A stretch of 62,526 bases of DNA, counting the filler, from Hausera hauseri (taxonomy: Eukaryota), in NCBI GenBank assembly GCA_046269625.1. It is 10 parts of 10 records of this genome, joined end to end, with 100 filler letters (N's around TTAATTAATTAA, not from the genome) between each part and the next. Parts side by side here need not be neighbours in the genome. Positions count along the whole stretch, not along the records: positions 49,874 to 58,486 come from JBJURY010581001.1; positions 58,587 to 62,526 come from JBJURY010871959.1; 8 more parts are not named here. One strand, written 5' to 3'. Each line of letters begins with the position of its first letter. The stretch's first letter is position 1. The position numbers and the translations under genes are program-made. This document shows, piece by piece, positions 50,171 through 62,526 of this stretch. The notes under the pieces are model-generated. The model did not search any database. It was not told where the DNA came from and worked only from the letters and a program-made list of their open reading frames with translations.

Positions 50171-51075
50171 ACTTTAATGCAAAACAATTCATTAAAGTCC
50201 ACAATGTTCAGTGGTGCCAGCGAGTCAGTGGTGCCTTACCCATGTGCCACTACGAACAACCAGTCATTCCTTATTAGTGGAGGTAACAGTGGCACAATTG
50301 CGGACAATACGACCGCTTTGAACATGATCAATGTGGCACTTAATTCCGGCAGTCTCATTCAGTCAGCCGATCAGTTATCCATTCCGCCATTACAGATAAA
50401 TGACACTCCAAAAATGAATGACAACAAAATGATGCCGACTACAAACTCTGTAGCTCAATCAATATCGGAAAATCCTTTCCCCGCCTCCAAATATCAGAAA
50501 ATTCGACAGACGATTGAGAAATTAGAACGAAATCGAGGAGAACTTTAAAAAGCACCTGAACGAGCGCCATCAGCTGACTGTTTCAACGTTGACTCAAGTG
50601 GAGCTGTCGTTTGAAAAAATCGTTTACATATCAAAAATACCGCTGCAGGAGTAGAATTACCTGTATAATATGCTGCTCAACCTCGATCAGAAAGTGAAGT
50701 GTTTTTTGAATGAAACCAGTTCAGTATTCCAAGACAACAACCTAATATCGCTACCGAACAAATTCAGACAAGTTCCTAACATATTTGAATTTATAAATGA
50801 TTCTGGCGGTTCTCACACAGCAATCGCCCAATTTAATTCGTCTCATCAGCCATTCACTTTTTACAGCACTAATAGTGGTAGTCAGACCAGTCGGCAGTTC
50901 CCGGCCCAGCAGACAATTTATCTGACGATGTGCCGGATTCGCCTGACTTGTGTGTGTCCTTTCGTGTGGCCTTGTAAAAATGTGTAAAAAAGAAAAAACG
51001 AACTTGTTTTAATAATAATAAATACTTTTGAAATTTGAATTTACTTTGAAATAGTGCTGCGCCATTTTTTACTAT

Positions 51076-51620
51076 TTGATTCAAATGAATTTGGAAGCTG
51101 ATATTTTTCAACTGCCAGTTACGGAGAATTTTAGTTCAAGCAACAGTCTTGATAAATTCGATGTTGAAAAATCGCCACGTTATCATGTTGACAAACAAAA
51201 TGCGAAAAGTAAATTGGATGATTTTGATGTTGAAAGTTTGTTGGGTACTTGGAAGTGTGATCGTGCTTTTTTAGCTAAAACAAAAAAAGAAGGGGTCGTC
51301 TGTGCAGCTAAGGTTATGTCAAAAAAATCATGGTATGAAAGTAATTCTATTAATTTCATTTTTGTGAAGTAAATGTTATGATTAAATTATCCCATCAGAA
51401 TATTTTATAATTAAATACTCGGTTCGATGATGATATTCGACTTTTTCTGGTTCCTGAGTATGCATGGTTTGGTCAGATATCGGTTACTCTATGTAAAGCA
51501 CTCGTGTATTATCATTTAAAAGGCGTCATACACCACGACGTAAATTTTGGAAATTTGCTCATCTATTATGATTACAATTTGAAATTGGTAGATTCTGGAT
51601 GCTCCGTGCATTCTTCTCGA
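51076..51620 (+). pseudogene. Aurora-like protein kinase fragment, decayed
   Basis: LDDFDVESLLG..K..RAFLAK, AAKVMSK, HQNIL, LFLVPEYA, ALVYYHLKGVIHHDV..GNLL, LKLVDSGCSVH. Confidence 0.7.
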
Positions 51621-52035
51621 ATAAACTTTTTACCGAACATCATGACCGATAGTAACTGTTCTTACTTTGAGAACAGTTAGAACAGTTACTACTGCTAGAA
51701 CATTTAGAACAGCTAGAACAATTATGCAGTCTACCCATATTTCTTCAATGATTTACTTGAAATTTTATGAAGAAATATTTAAAAATATGTTTTTAAAAAT
51801 ACACCTATCTTATGCAGAATTTAATGCCGCATCGACTGGTGCAAAAATTAATTAATTTGGACTTTTCTAAGTTGCGCCGAAGTGCAAAATTGTGCATTCA
51901 CTCCATATATATTTGTTGTCTGATTAAATTATAATTCGTCCTGTTTCACAAAATTTACAATCTAAATTATTTGCGCTCATTTTATAGCATATTTTTATAA
52001 TTGAAATGTTGGTAGCTGTAAAAGGACTGTATGGG

Positions 52036-52147
52036 TGTGGTGCCGGCCTCGACCGTTGCCCTCCGGCACATTAGGTTGGGCACGGCCGGGTTTTCTGCTG
52101 CCGGCACGTCGGGTGCATAGGCGGGTCCCGATTTTCCGCCTCAAAAA
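52036..52147 (+). repeat. GC-rich Ty3 LTR-end-like repeat of about 110 bp, copy 2
   Basis: TGTGGTGCC...GGGCACGGCCGG...CATAGGCGGG.CCCGAT..T.CGCCTCAAAAA; aligns with 50062-50170 and 54888-54999. Confidence 0.75.
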
Positions 52148-53422
52148 ATGAATCCAAAGGAGGAGAAAGTTTGAAAGTGGTGCAATATAATTAACACGAA
52201 GTCATGAAAGATTCTAAACTGACTGACTCAAGTTTGTACTCATCTGATCGAAAATTACGAAGTCATAAACATGGCTCAACTAAACATTCAGAATTTGAAA
52301 CCGATGCCATTTCAAATGAGGGCAGATTGATTTACAGTTTTCCGCTTTCTTCTAAAGCACAGAAAGAAACCCGCTACTCTCTTAAAATTCCAATTTCATT
52401 TGGTAAAAGTTCTAAAACATTCAACTACTCGCTGACAGTTTCAGTGAATCCATCGAAAATTATTATTCCGGCAGCAAATATAACAATAACGCGGTTTGGA
52501 TTTCGGCGGTAGCATGCTTCGAAAACTATAATGAGAACTTGTCCCAATTGAATTTGATGCATAGAAATTACAGCAATGAACGAGTAGAAAGATCCTCTGA
52601 ATTTTCGAAAGAAAGAAAGGATGGTAATTTAACACCTTCACAAAAAAGATTTCTCAAACAGATACGACTGATGTTAAATTTGTTAGTAATCAGAAAAGTC
52701 TTTATACATTCAATTCACGTCAAGATTCCAACTCGTGTCTGATAGATCTGAATAATCCGTGCATTCCTGCGAAAAAGGATGAAGGTGATCTACTAATTAA
52801 CAATTCATGAATTTCAACAGTTGACGTTCGATAAAGAGATTGATTTCAATGTCAAATGGAGTCCGCGATCAATATTTTCTGTTAATAACAAAAAACATTT
52901 CAATTTGTAATGCTCGACAAATAGAAATTTTATACAGGTGCCGTACATGTATGCATGTATGTATATATGTAATACTTTCTTGTTTATTGATATTAATAAA
53001 TTAAAAATCTTTACCACGTTTTTTAATTCTTAGTCAACCATTTTATCAGAACAGTTTTGAAAATCTATTCTGGGGATTTGTTATCGCAGATTACTAGAAA
53101 ATTGTTGGATTTTATTACATTTTCCGTATTTCTAAATTGTGGATATTTATCAATTGTTTTATTTTATTGAATTTGCTACTATTTTGGCCTATATAACGTG
53201 AGAATCTTATCAGGTTTACTGTTATAACTAACAGTGAGTAATGAAAACAAATCAGAAGAAAAAAGTGGCGTAATAATTATTATTCAAAAGTCACTTGTAT
53301 TTATATTTTATCATTTACAAAATTTAAACAACAAATTTACATAAAAATCTTCACAAAGTTTTTCCGAATCATTAATAAAAGTACTACTGGCAGTTGGTAG
53401 TAATAATCGTTTATTTAGTGAC

Positions 53423-54485
53423 TTAATGTATTGCGTGTGTTAAATAATGTATATTTTGAGACGACAGTCCAGCTTTGCTGATTCTACCATCTTTAGTCAT
53501 ATAAATGGAGCATTCCTTTGTTAATTTCTTTACTTGTTCAGCTGTTAATCCCATAAAACGGAATACGCATATTTGATCAACAATGTGTTTCCAACTACGT
53601 TGTAAACTTTCTCTTTCCAATTGATTTTTTAACTTTGTTCTCATTGATATAATTCTATTGGTCATAGTTTTGATACCTTGTAGCCACATTTTCTTTAATT
53701 CGGCATTCGTTAAAACTTCTACTGCGATTTGTTCTCCATTAATTGGCGGATTGCTGTAAAGAGCTCTGATTATAATGAGAAGTTGACTCTTACAACAAGT
53801 GGCTTCATTTTTATTTTCAGTAACCAAAGAAAAGGCACCAACACGTTCACCGTATAAACCCATATTCTTAGCGAAACTTTGTGTCAACATTTTTTGAACT
53901 CGTTTTTATGAAATGCCTAACTGGCCATGCATCTTTATCGGTATCACCAGAAGCAAATCCCCGATATGCCATATCAAAGAATGTGAGTAAATTTTTGCTG
54001 GCAATAACATCGCAAATTGCACGCTATTGGTTTTCGTTAGGATCAAGTCCAGTTGGATTATGAACACAAACATGAAGTAAAATTGTATCGCCTGGAGGAA
54101 TTTGAGATATATCCTCTATACATCCTTTGAAATCTAGACCATATGTCTTTGTATCATAATATCTATATTGTTTTGCAGTAAAGCCCTTTGATTTGAACAA
54201 TGGATTGTGATTACCCCATGTATGTGCCGGCAACCAAATAGTTTGAGATTTACCAAATTTTGCCAAGAAAATAGCACCAATTGTCGTGTATTCATGATCG
54301 AGATTTTTCTGATGTAAAATTTCCGTCGCTTTTTTACTGATGGTAAAATAAATGGTTTCCCATTATCATTCTGATAAGCACCAACGTCCAAATTTATTTT
54401 CTTTGGATTTGTATCTTTTTAAAAGATTCAGTGACGCCTAAAATTACATCTTGAAGGCCCATTTGGACATGGCTCCACAATGACG
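53423..54485 (-). pseudogene. GOT2: Aspartate aminotransferase (mitochondrial type), decayed copy with no visible introns
   Basis: [79 protein letters not shown]. Confidence 0.9.
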
Positions 54486-54887
54486 ATGATCTAGGAGTGG
54501 CAAGTTTCACAGGCCGTTCTGTTGATCTGTGCCCAGATTTGATCAATAATCTTGTTGAGCATTTGATCTGTCAATCGAGTACCATCAGTTTGATTTATTA
54601 AGCAACATAGTTGGGAATTGAGAAAGTTCCTAGCAGACAGAACATCAAAAACAGCGCAAGCTGCAGCAATCGAGGTCGGAATGAGGAATATCTGAGGAAT
54701 GAAGAGAGTTGCACGTACTTTGGAATTCTTAACAGTGCCCATGATAGGGTGTCGACAGGTTGGTAAAAGAATACGTTTTTTTCCTTTTTATGTTTACTGT
54801 GAATTGCATAGTTGTCTCTTGCTGACCACTCGGAAAATAGTTGAATGTGTAATTGTTTCTCCTTCTTGAAGCTTTTGGATGGAGAAA

Positions 54888-54999
54888 TTTTTGAGGCAGA
54901 AGATCGGGGGCCCGCCTATGGGCCCGACGCGGCAGCAATGGGGGCCCGGCCATGCCCGACCAAATAGGCCAAAGGGTATCGCCCGCTGCGGGCACCACA
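54888..54999 (-). repeat. GC-rich Ty3 LTR-end-like repeat of about 110 bp, copy 3 (inverted)
   Basis: Minus strand TGTGGTGCCCGCAGCGGGCGATACCCTTTGGCCTATTTGGTCGGGCATGGCCGG, close to 50062 onward. Confidence 0.85.
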
Positions 55000-56650
55000 G
55001 CATAATTCTTTAAAATCCACCTATTTTTGTAAAAACACTAGGAGGTTTATTATCTTTTTCTGGGGCAGGTTAGAACTCCCTAAAAATGCCGGTAATCTAT
55101 TTGTATTATTCAAACAAGATTTGGCTCAGAGTGAGGTGGATCTTACACATCAGTTAACTTGAACTGACGTTATAGATCACATTAATGATAATCCGATTTT
55201 ACTTAAAAACCATATAATCAATTACCGGCTGAATTACAATTAACTGACTAACCCGAATTTACTAGCTTCAATGTTTTTTCTTGGATGTCAATTCTCTTGA
55301 CAATCAGTCCTAGTGATCTTCTATCATTTATCCATTCAAATAAGATATCTTTTATTAATGGAAATATAAAATTCAGCCATCGTTTTACCAGAAGAATGTA
55401 ATTCATCAAGATATTATAATTTTTTCTCGGAACTGCGGGTCATTTAATTGATTAGAATTTTCATTTTATTAAATATTTATTAATGTTAATAAGCATAATT
55501 AATATATGCTATTATGATATTAAAAATTTTAATACAAATGGTGTCTTGTATTATGAGACTGGCTTGTATTTATTTTTTTGAAAAATATTGTAAAAAATTG
55601 TTGGTAGCTTGTAATTTGAAAAACAAGCTAGCATAAATTATAACACCACTTTACTCCGTAATAAATTACATTGACATTTGGATTATAAGTTTTCAGTAAG
55701 GCCTTATTTTCAAATCTTCTACTGAATGATGGTTGCAATTAGTTGGGAGGTTTATTCTGCCTCAGGGTAACGGGTTTTCGTGTGTTGAAAACGGAGTTTG
55801 ATATTCCAATGTCCTCTACCTCTAATTGTCAATGTACAATAAAAGCACATTGATGTAACAGTGTTTACCTATCCACTATCTTTAACAAAATTTGATTGAC
55901 CGAGTTACGAGCAACCATTGAGATATTTCGTTTTTGAAGTTTGAAAATGTCATATCTGCCTGAATTTATTCAGTCTCATTGATGACCATTTTCTATCGCC
56001 GTGGACGTTGTCTTTTCAAGTACCGGAGTGATTTTCTCGTTCCTCACTACAACCTTCGAATTCATCTGCACGGCATTATCATCCATCGGCGGATGTTTAC
56101 CATTTGTATACGTGGTCCATATAATTCTGTTCTTCGTCGATCAACGTCGTTCATTAATGCACCCGATCCTTTCTTTTATCTGAAAAGGTCTCTTGTCAGT
56201 CGGCTTGGTCCCGGTATTCGTCGACCTAGCTTTGAGAGTCATCGACTGAAGTGTTTCGTTCGTGTGCATGTCCTTTTCGATAGCATGCGTGTCTCTGGCA
56301 ATCATCGGTAGACGCTTTTCGTTCGTGAGCTTCAGCTGTTCATCCGTCTGCCTGATCTTGTGGATCGCCTGTGATTCTATTGTTCCTCGGCATTGTTCTT
56401 TCATTCGCTGGCTTCATATTTTGATCCATTATAATCAGTCCGCTCGGTAACGTCGTCCTTTCCATTCTTGTCATGGTCGCCGAATGAATTTCAAACATGT
56501 AGGAATATTTTAAATATGATGTGATGTTGTTGTCACTAGTTTAAATAATATTGTCAAACTTAATATTTTAAAAATTTCAAGTGTCATATTTTTAATACAA
56601 GTTGATTTTACTGTAAATTTTATTTAAATTTAGTTAGTCATTATACAAAA

Positions 56651-57450
56651 ATGAAGGATATTGTTGAAAAATATCTAGCTCAGAAGTGGAAAGCAGAAGG
56701 ATGTATTTTTAATGAAATTGCAAGTCGCTTAAATATATCAAGAAGTTCTGCTCAGAATTTGTGCTGATATAAGGTCATCATGAAGCAAATCGAACCAAAG
56801 CGTATTCTGAAACGAAGGAAAGTTTATTTATGAGAGGTCAATTTCAACCTTTATTACAAGTGGGTAAAATGTTAATTCAAAAAAGTTGTGGAATGTCAAC
56901 CTCGACAAGTACGGTACAACGTTGGCTACGAAGATTGGATTATTATTACAGGAGAGCAATTAATCATATATCGCTAAGAAAGAAAAACAAACAAAACAGA
57001 GTTGCTGCAGTTAGGACATGGATTGAGGCAAACAATAATTGGGAATTAACATTTTTCCAGACGAAGAGATTTTCATTCGATGGTCCTGATGATCGGAGAA
57101 CATACGTAACAAAAAAGGGACGATGCATAGAATTAAAAGACTATGTAAAGGAGGTTCTTTGCTTGTTTGGTTGATGTCAATGCCGAATGGTCTTCTATCG
57201 TACAGAATTGTTAAATGGAACCTTAATTCCGATGGCTATATAAAGCTATTGAGAGTGTCCGCTGTGCTAATCATGAAACTTAATTACGGAGTTAACTTTG
57301 TTTTCCAGCAAGACAATTCTTCAATTCACATTTGTTCTAAAGTAAAGAATTTATAAAAAACGATAATATTGAACTGCTGTCGCGGCCATCATAGTCCCGA
57401 TTTAAATTTAATCGGAAACTGTTGGAAAATAACATCAGACTGCATGTGCG
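56651..57450 (+). mobile_element. Tc1/Tc3-like transposase remnant
   Basis: HTH EIASRLNISRSSA; DEKRFSFDGPD; VFQQDNSSIH; SPDLNLI; TIRs not resolved. Confidence 0.85.
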
Positions 57451-59399
57451 ACGTTGTCCAGTTTGAAAATAAAGTACAAATAAAAACAAAATATGAACCA
57501 TAGACAAAAGGTTATCAATATTTTTCAAAATTAAAGACAGACTGTCAAATTCTTGAACACGGAAATTTGTGCAACGAATAATTAAAAATACGACTTTTAT
57601 TATTAAAAATTTTAAATATCTAGGAATATTTTGTAAACGATGATAGTTATAATTAAAATTAATGATTAAAAAATAAATATGCTACATTTTCAATTTTCTG
57701 AGTTATTTTCAAAACGTATAAATATTTAGTTCAATAAAAAATGAGGTGTATTAAAAATGTGGCTATTACTATACTTAGAATTAAATTTTGATTGAAAGAC
57801 AGAGCCTGCCGTACTAGTATTTCTTGCATAGAAAAAAAAAAGAATCATTACAACAACATGAATCATTACTAAAGTGTGCCATTACTGGCATTTCAGAGCC
57901 TGAACTTTGAAAGCTGAATTAGAGGAAAATGGATTCGAGCCTCTCCTGAGGGGGCTAATCTGCGAGCTCCTGTTTTGCCACAGTTCATTTGATTTGGCGT
58001 GTTCAACAAGAGTCACATAAAAACGGGAAGATGTGGCTTCCAGTTTAACCGAAGCTGTCGCTAAACGCAACACAAGAGATGGGATAAAACAAAGTTGTTT
58101 GCCGGATTAGACAGTGTGACGGCTTGTGAAAACTGCAGCCTCTGGTTTCACTGTAGAATTAATCCTCTTAACTTAGAAAGTTACTACCAGGCTTTGTGTG
58201 GCGTTACGCACAGCTGACAGAGTTACACTTGAAATTCTGCTTTAACTTCTTGGAGCACTAACAGGAAAATGAATTTTAATATTTTAATCATATATTTATT
58301 TTTATAATATTTAATCATTTTAATTTTTTCTCAGTTTTTGGCACTATAACCATCACTATCTGCTTCACTTTTGGCGTTTCTGGAGGATGCAGATAATAAA
58401 ATCTCAGGCCTCTGTGCAAAAAAAACAAACAAGTGCAGTTTAGTCGAAATATGGCACAAAACAAAGATTCATATATGTAAAAATAANNNNNNNNNNNNNN
58501 NNNNNNNNNNNNNNNNNNNNNNNNNNNNNNTTAATTAATTAANNNNNNNNNNNNNNNNNNNNNNNNNNNNNNNNNNNNNNNNNNNNGCCGGGTTACATTT
58601 CTCGGCTTCGCGACGCTGTTGACTTTTGTTCGCCTTGTCCGGCTCGACCGATTGGTCTTGGTTCAAAGTCCGTTGTCCGACCTTCTTTCTCTGGGGAGGG
58701 GGGTCTCCGACCACAAAACATGAAATGCTCAGAATTGCGAGATAGGTGGGGAAAACTTTGTCCAGAGTCGATTTGGGCACTTTTTGGGAAGTGCGGTACA
58801 GCTGACACTTCTACCTACATGACCACTGACTTGGTTGAGAGAAATGGTATATATGCATAAAGATGCGTTCAATTGTTATTACTTAACATGTTGTGAGTAG
58901 TTAATTACATAATTATGGTGAGTCTACACAAGTCCAAAAAATTGTAAAATTGATTTCTACTTACAGAAAACATTCATTTAGATACAGAAGTATGAACATA
59001 TATCATTTTATAACACATTTTTAAATTTGCATGCAAATTAAACATTAAAAGCAATAGATTTATACAGAGAATGAAATGTAAATTTTGTTACTTAAAAATA
59101 TTTTGATTGTTTAATTCTAGTATGACATAGAAATATCTGACATTATTTCGTAGATAGACATTGGTATTTGTCGCTGTTAGTTTTTCTACTCGTTGTGGTA
59201 GTTGGTACGTCAAATGTGTGCGTTGTTCTGGCTACTTAGGATTATCAGACGTTCCTTGGTACTTTAATGAAGATGTATTTGATTGATGGCCGAAAATTGA
59301 CAAATTAATGAATTGATCAAAATGAACATCAAAAATCTAAATCCATTCAATATACATGCAAAATAATCAAAAATAAAAGTATCTTAGAAAGATATATTT

Positions 59400-60889
59400 C
59401 TATTGGTACATTGAGTTTATCGTGCCAGCATATTTTTGAATAATCACGTGTCTTTTAAGTTTCAATGTTGGCCCTAGTTCTCCACCAGGAATCGAAAAGT
59501 CCTTTGGAACAAAAGCCCATTTCTGAACATGAACTGCTCGAGAAACGCTCGTTTTGTTAACCTCTTCCAATGCCAAATCAATTTTCTTTTTTACAGCCTT
59601 TGGAATATCATAAAGGATATCACTGGCGCTTCTTGCATCAACACCGAGTGCGTTCAAACTGGAAATGGCGATGGGAAGTAAATCATCAGTGGGTTGTAAT
59701 GTGTCTTGGTCAATGATTGTCTGAAGAAATCTCAACCTCACATGAAAAAATGGTACAGTCGTTTAACCTTTAACGTCAACAGACAGGATATGAATTTCTT
59801 CTTGTCACCAACAAGCATCACATTGCTAACGAATGGCAACAAAGCTTCGATTTTGTCTTCGATGGGTACAGGAGCGATGTTCGCCCCTCCAGCAGTGATG
59901 ATAAGTTCTGATGATAACGTATTTGTAGACACCGCAAATATAGACACAAAGGGGTGGCAATTAATAACTGTTGGTAAATAGGATTAGAAGACGATGTAAA
60001 TGTTGGTTCAAAATGGCGTTCAAACAAACATGGCGCAATTTAAGCAAACAATTTAAGATGTCAATTTACTATGCTCTTATGCCTGTTAATTTTCTTCATT
60101 TACTAGACCTTTTAATAGCATCCAGAAATGTTCAATCAGATTTAACATACATGCTGGCATTCGTCAACATAGATTTCAGGCAACATCCTTTCAAATTCCA
60201 CGACTTGTAACATAATAAAGAATTACTCAGCGTCTTGTCATTTGGTAGAGTTAAATTTATTTTATTACCCATGACTACTGAGGGTCTACTTATGTCTTCT
60301 TGTAGACATAACCTGTGTGCCTCTACCAATGTATGTGTAATATTTGAATGAGAAACTGGAAATTTGACTTTAGTAAAATTTTTTGTTGAAAATTTTATAA
60401 AATTTCAAAATTCCTCTGCATGTTGGGGAAAATTAAAGAAGTGCAAATGACGTAACATTTAAAAGCCCATATTGCATAATCTTAGTATTGTTTGCAAGTT
60501 TATTTTCGTATTAATAATCAGCATGAAATTTTGTACTTTTAGAATCTGTAGAACTTGTAAAACTCTGACTAGGAGTAAGGTACTGTCCCTGATAAGGGTA
60601 AATATTAATTATATTAGATTTACTGACAAAATTTAATTGCACCCCATTATTACATACCTTTGATTCTACCAGTTACGAACAGATACTCGTCATTTTCAAC
60701 TTTACCCCGGTCACCAGAATGCAGCCATCCATCAGCATCAATAGTTTCGCTAGTTTTTTGTGGGTCATTGAAATACCCTACAAATACATGGCGTCCACGA
60801 ATACAAATTTCTCCAACTCCATCTACATCAGGTAACATAATTTTTATTTCGCTGCCCATCATCAGATTTCCGGCTGATTGTGGTCTTAT
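59400..60889 (-). CDS. Long-chain fatty acid-CoA ligase, bubblegum (ACSBG) type; last three exons 60658-60889, 59768-59907, 59400-59720
   Basis: GEICIRGRHVFVGY, GWLHSGD, TGRIK/ELIITAGGANIAPVPIED, DFSIPGGELGPTLKLKR; GT-AG junctions keep the frame. Confidence 0.92.
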
Positions 60890-62526
60890 CTATCAGAAAG
60901 TGAATTAGTATGAAGAAAATTCAATTTAAGACAAATTGTGTTACGGGGTCACTCATCGGTACACCTAACACCGATGAGTCATCGTAATGAATCACCACGA
61001 TGTATAGGCGTAGTATGAGCCGATGTCCTAACTACTACGTATAGTTTATTCTATAGTTTCCTTATCATGTTTTTTCTAAATTTAATTCCAACACGCGAGG
61101 AATTATTAACCAAAAGATTTTATCTCAAATATCAAATGTACTTCTCCAGTCTGAATCGTCATATAATTTTCTATGAATACGTTGTTATACATTTTATTTG
61201 ATTTTTACGTTTTCAAATTGGGGCGATTGTGATTAGAAATGAGGTTTGACGATTCTTCAGATATTTTGCAGCACAGAATATTAATATTACCAAAATGATA
61301 AAGAACTCATAAAGGGCAAAGAAACTTATATATTTGAATTCTTTTTTGAGTTCCTTGTTAGTGTCGACAAAGTATTTTTAATTGCAAAATATAACTTAAA
61401 ATAATACTTTGGTACTTCTTCACTATCCTTGCTATAAAATATAGACAATGACCTTTATGGACCCTTTAGGTTACTACCAATTTGTCTGGTCATATTTATC
61501 TCCCATTCACTAACTAATATATCGTAATATGTGCCATTCAGACGATTCATAAAGGATAAGACTGCTAAAGAAGAATGCATGAAGCCAGGGTCTCCTTAAA
61601 CTGAATGGGTGATTCTTGGATGTTCGGGGGCGTGGTTCCTCGATGTCCTTAAACCGGATACATGGATCCTGGATATCCTCAGTGTGGATCGTGGTGCAAT
61701 CAAACAGTTATCGAACGCAAAAAACAGTTTGATAGTTTGGCATGCCACGACCGCAGCCTAGCATCCTGGAAAACGTGCATCACAGACTGGATGCTATCAG
61801 TCATAACACACAGAAAGGCATTTATAGAAGTATAAGAGAATGTGAAATCAGTACTCCATTTTTCACTAACGGCACGTGATTGATTGTATTGTCACCATAG
61901 TAACAGATCAATAACAGACCACACTGACTTACCTAAAGAATTACTTCAGTAACCATTTTTTAAGGCTTCATGGACTCTGAAGCCATTTTTGGTAAAGTAA
62001 ACATTGATCTATAGATAATGAGAACTGAACCCAAAACTTTGAAATAGGCAAGCAAATGAACCATACCACCTTCACTAAGTGCCTTAAAGCTACCTATTCT
62101 TAACTAATGAAACCAATTGTTATCATTTGTTTTTAAAATAGTAAGTTCGTCTTTTGAATCATTTGGAGTGGAAGGCATTTGGTCATAGATTGTGTGTGAT
62201 GATGATTTATTTAAAGAGTCTTTGATATCCATGGTCTCTGCAACAAATCTATTTGTTGTAAAAGCAATAACTAAGAATTTCTCATTAGTTACAGTTATAT
62301 GTGTAGGAGTTGATATAGATTGTTCAGGAACCTTGATGTCTGCTTCTAAATGGTAATTCTTTGTTAATTGGTATATTCTGAGTATTACCACTGCTTTTTC
62401 TTTTTTGTTCTGTACGGATATTTCGAGCCGTTAAATTTCATTAATATGTGCTTAGGAGTCATTCTATTTTCTGGATTAATTTCAGATTAATAGAGGAGAT
62501 CTCTAATACCTGCTATAAAATCAAGA

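Noticed and set aside
51668-51720. 9-bp tandem repeat (AGAACAGTT-like) giving an RTVRTV ORF
   Set aside because: Short minisatellite with no support for coding.
55979-56480. Overlapping ORFs with a charged coiled-coil-like minus frame
   Set aside because: Interrupted and not assignable to a family.

Overview
This is eukaryotic, not prokaryotic, DNA. The window is ten unrelated contigs joined by artificial 100-nt spacers (N44-TTAATTAATTAA-N44), so adjacency across spacers means nothing. The main genome is an AT-rich animal with very short introns (42-47 nt in NUB1 and ACSBG-like genes). A fish-associated parasite such as a myxozoan or flatworm is plausible, because a vertebrate-type TSHZ3 exon is joined into one contig; this is inference. 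Content: (i) five copies or fragments of a CsRn1-like Ty3/gypsy LTR retrotransposon family; (ii) two copies of a different Gag-like element with a very long accessory ORF; (iii) mariner, Tc1 and Chapaev3-like DNA transposons; (iv) spliced host genes; (v) many decayed host-gene fragments with no visible introns (RPB2, alpha-tubulin, ROCK-type kinase, Piwi, iGluR, Aurora, GOT2, spondin/Kunitz, HERC2) packed against the Ty3 termini. Best candidate for something undescribed: in both copies where the Ty3 5' end is visible, Gag is preceded in frame by a 72-78 aa ubiquitin-fold-like domain ending HLRI[R/L]GG immediately before the Gag Met, i.e. a ubiquitin-fusion precursor that host deubiquitinases could cleave. 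The second Gag family carries an internal ubiquitin-like domain plus an AT-hook. All calls are from motif recognition by eye; no searches were run.
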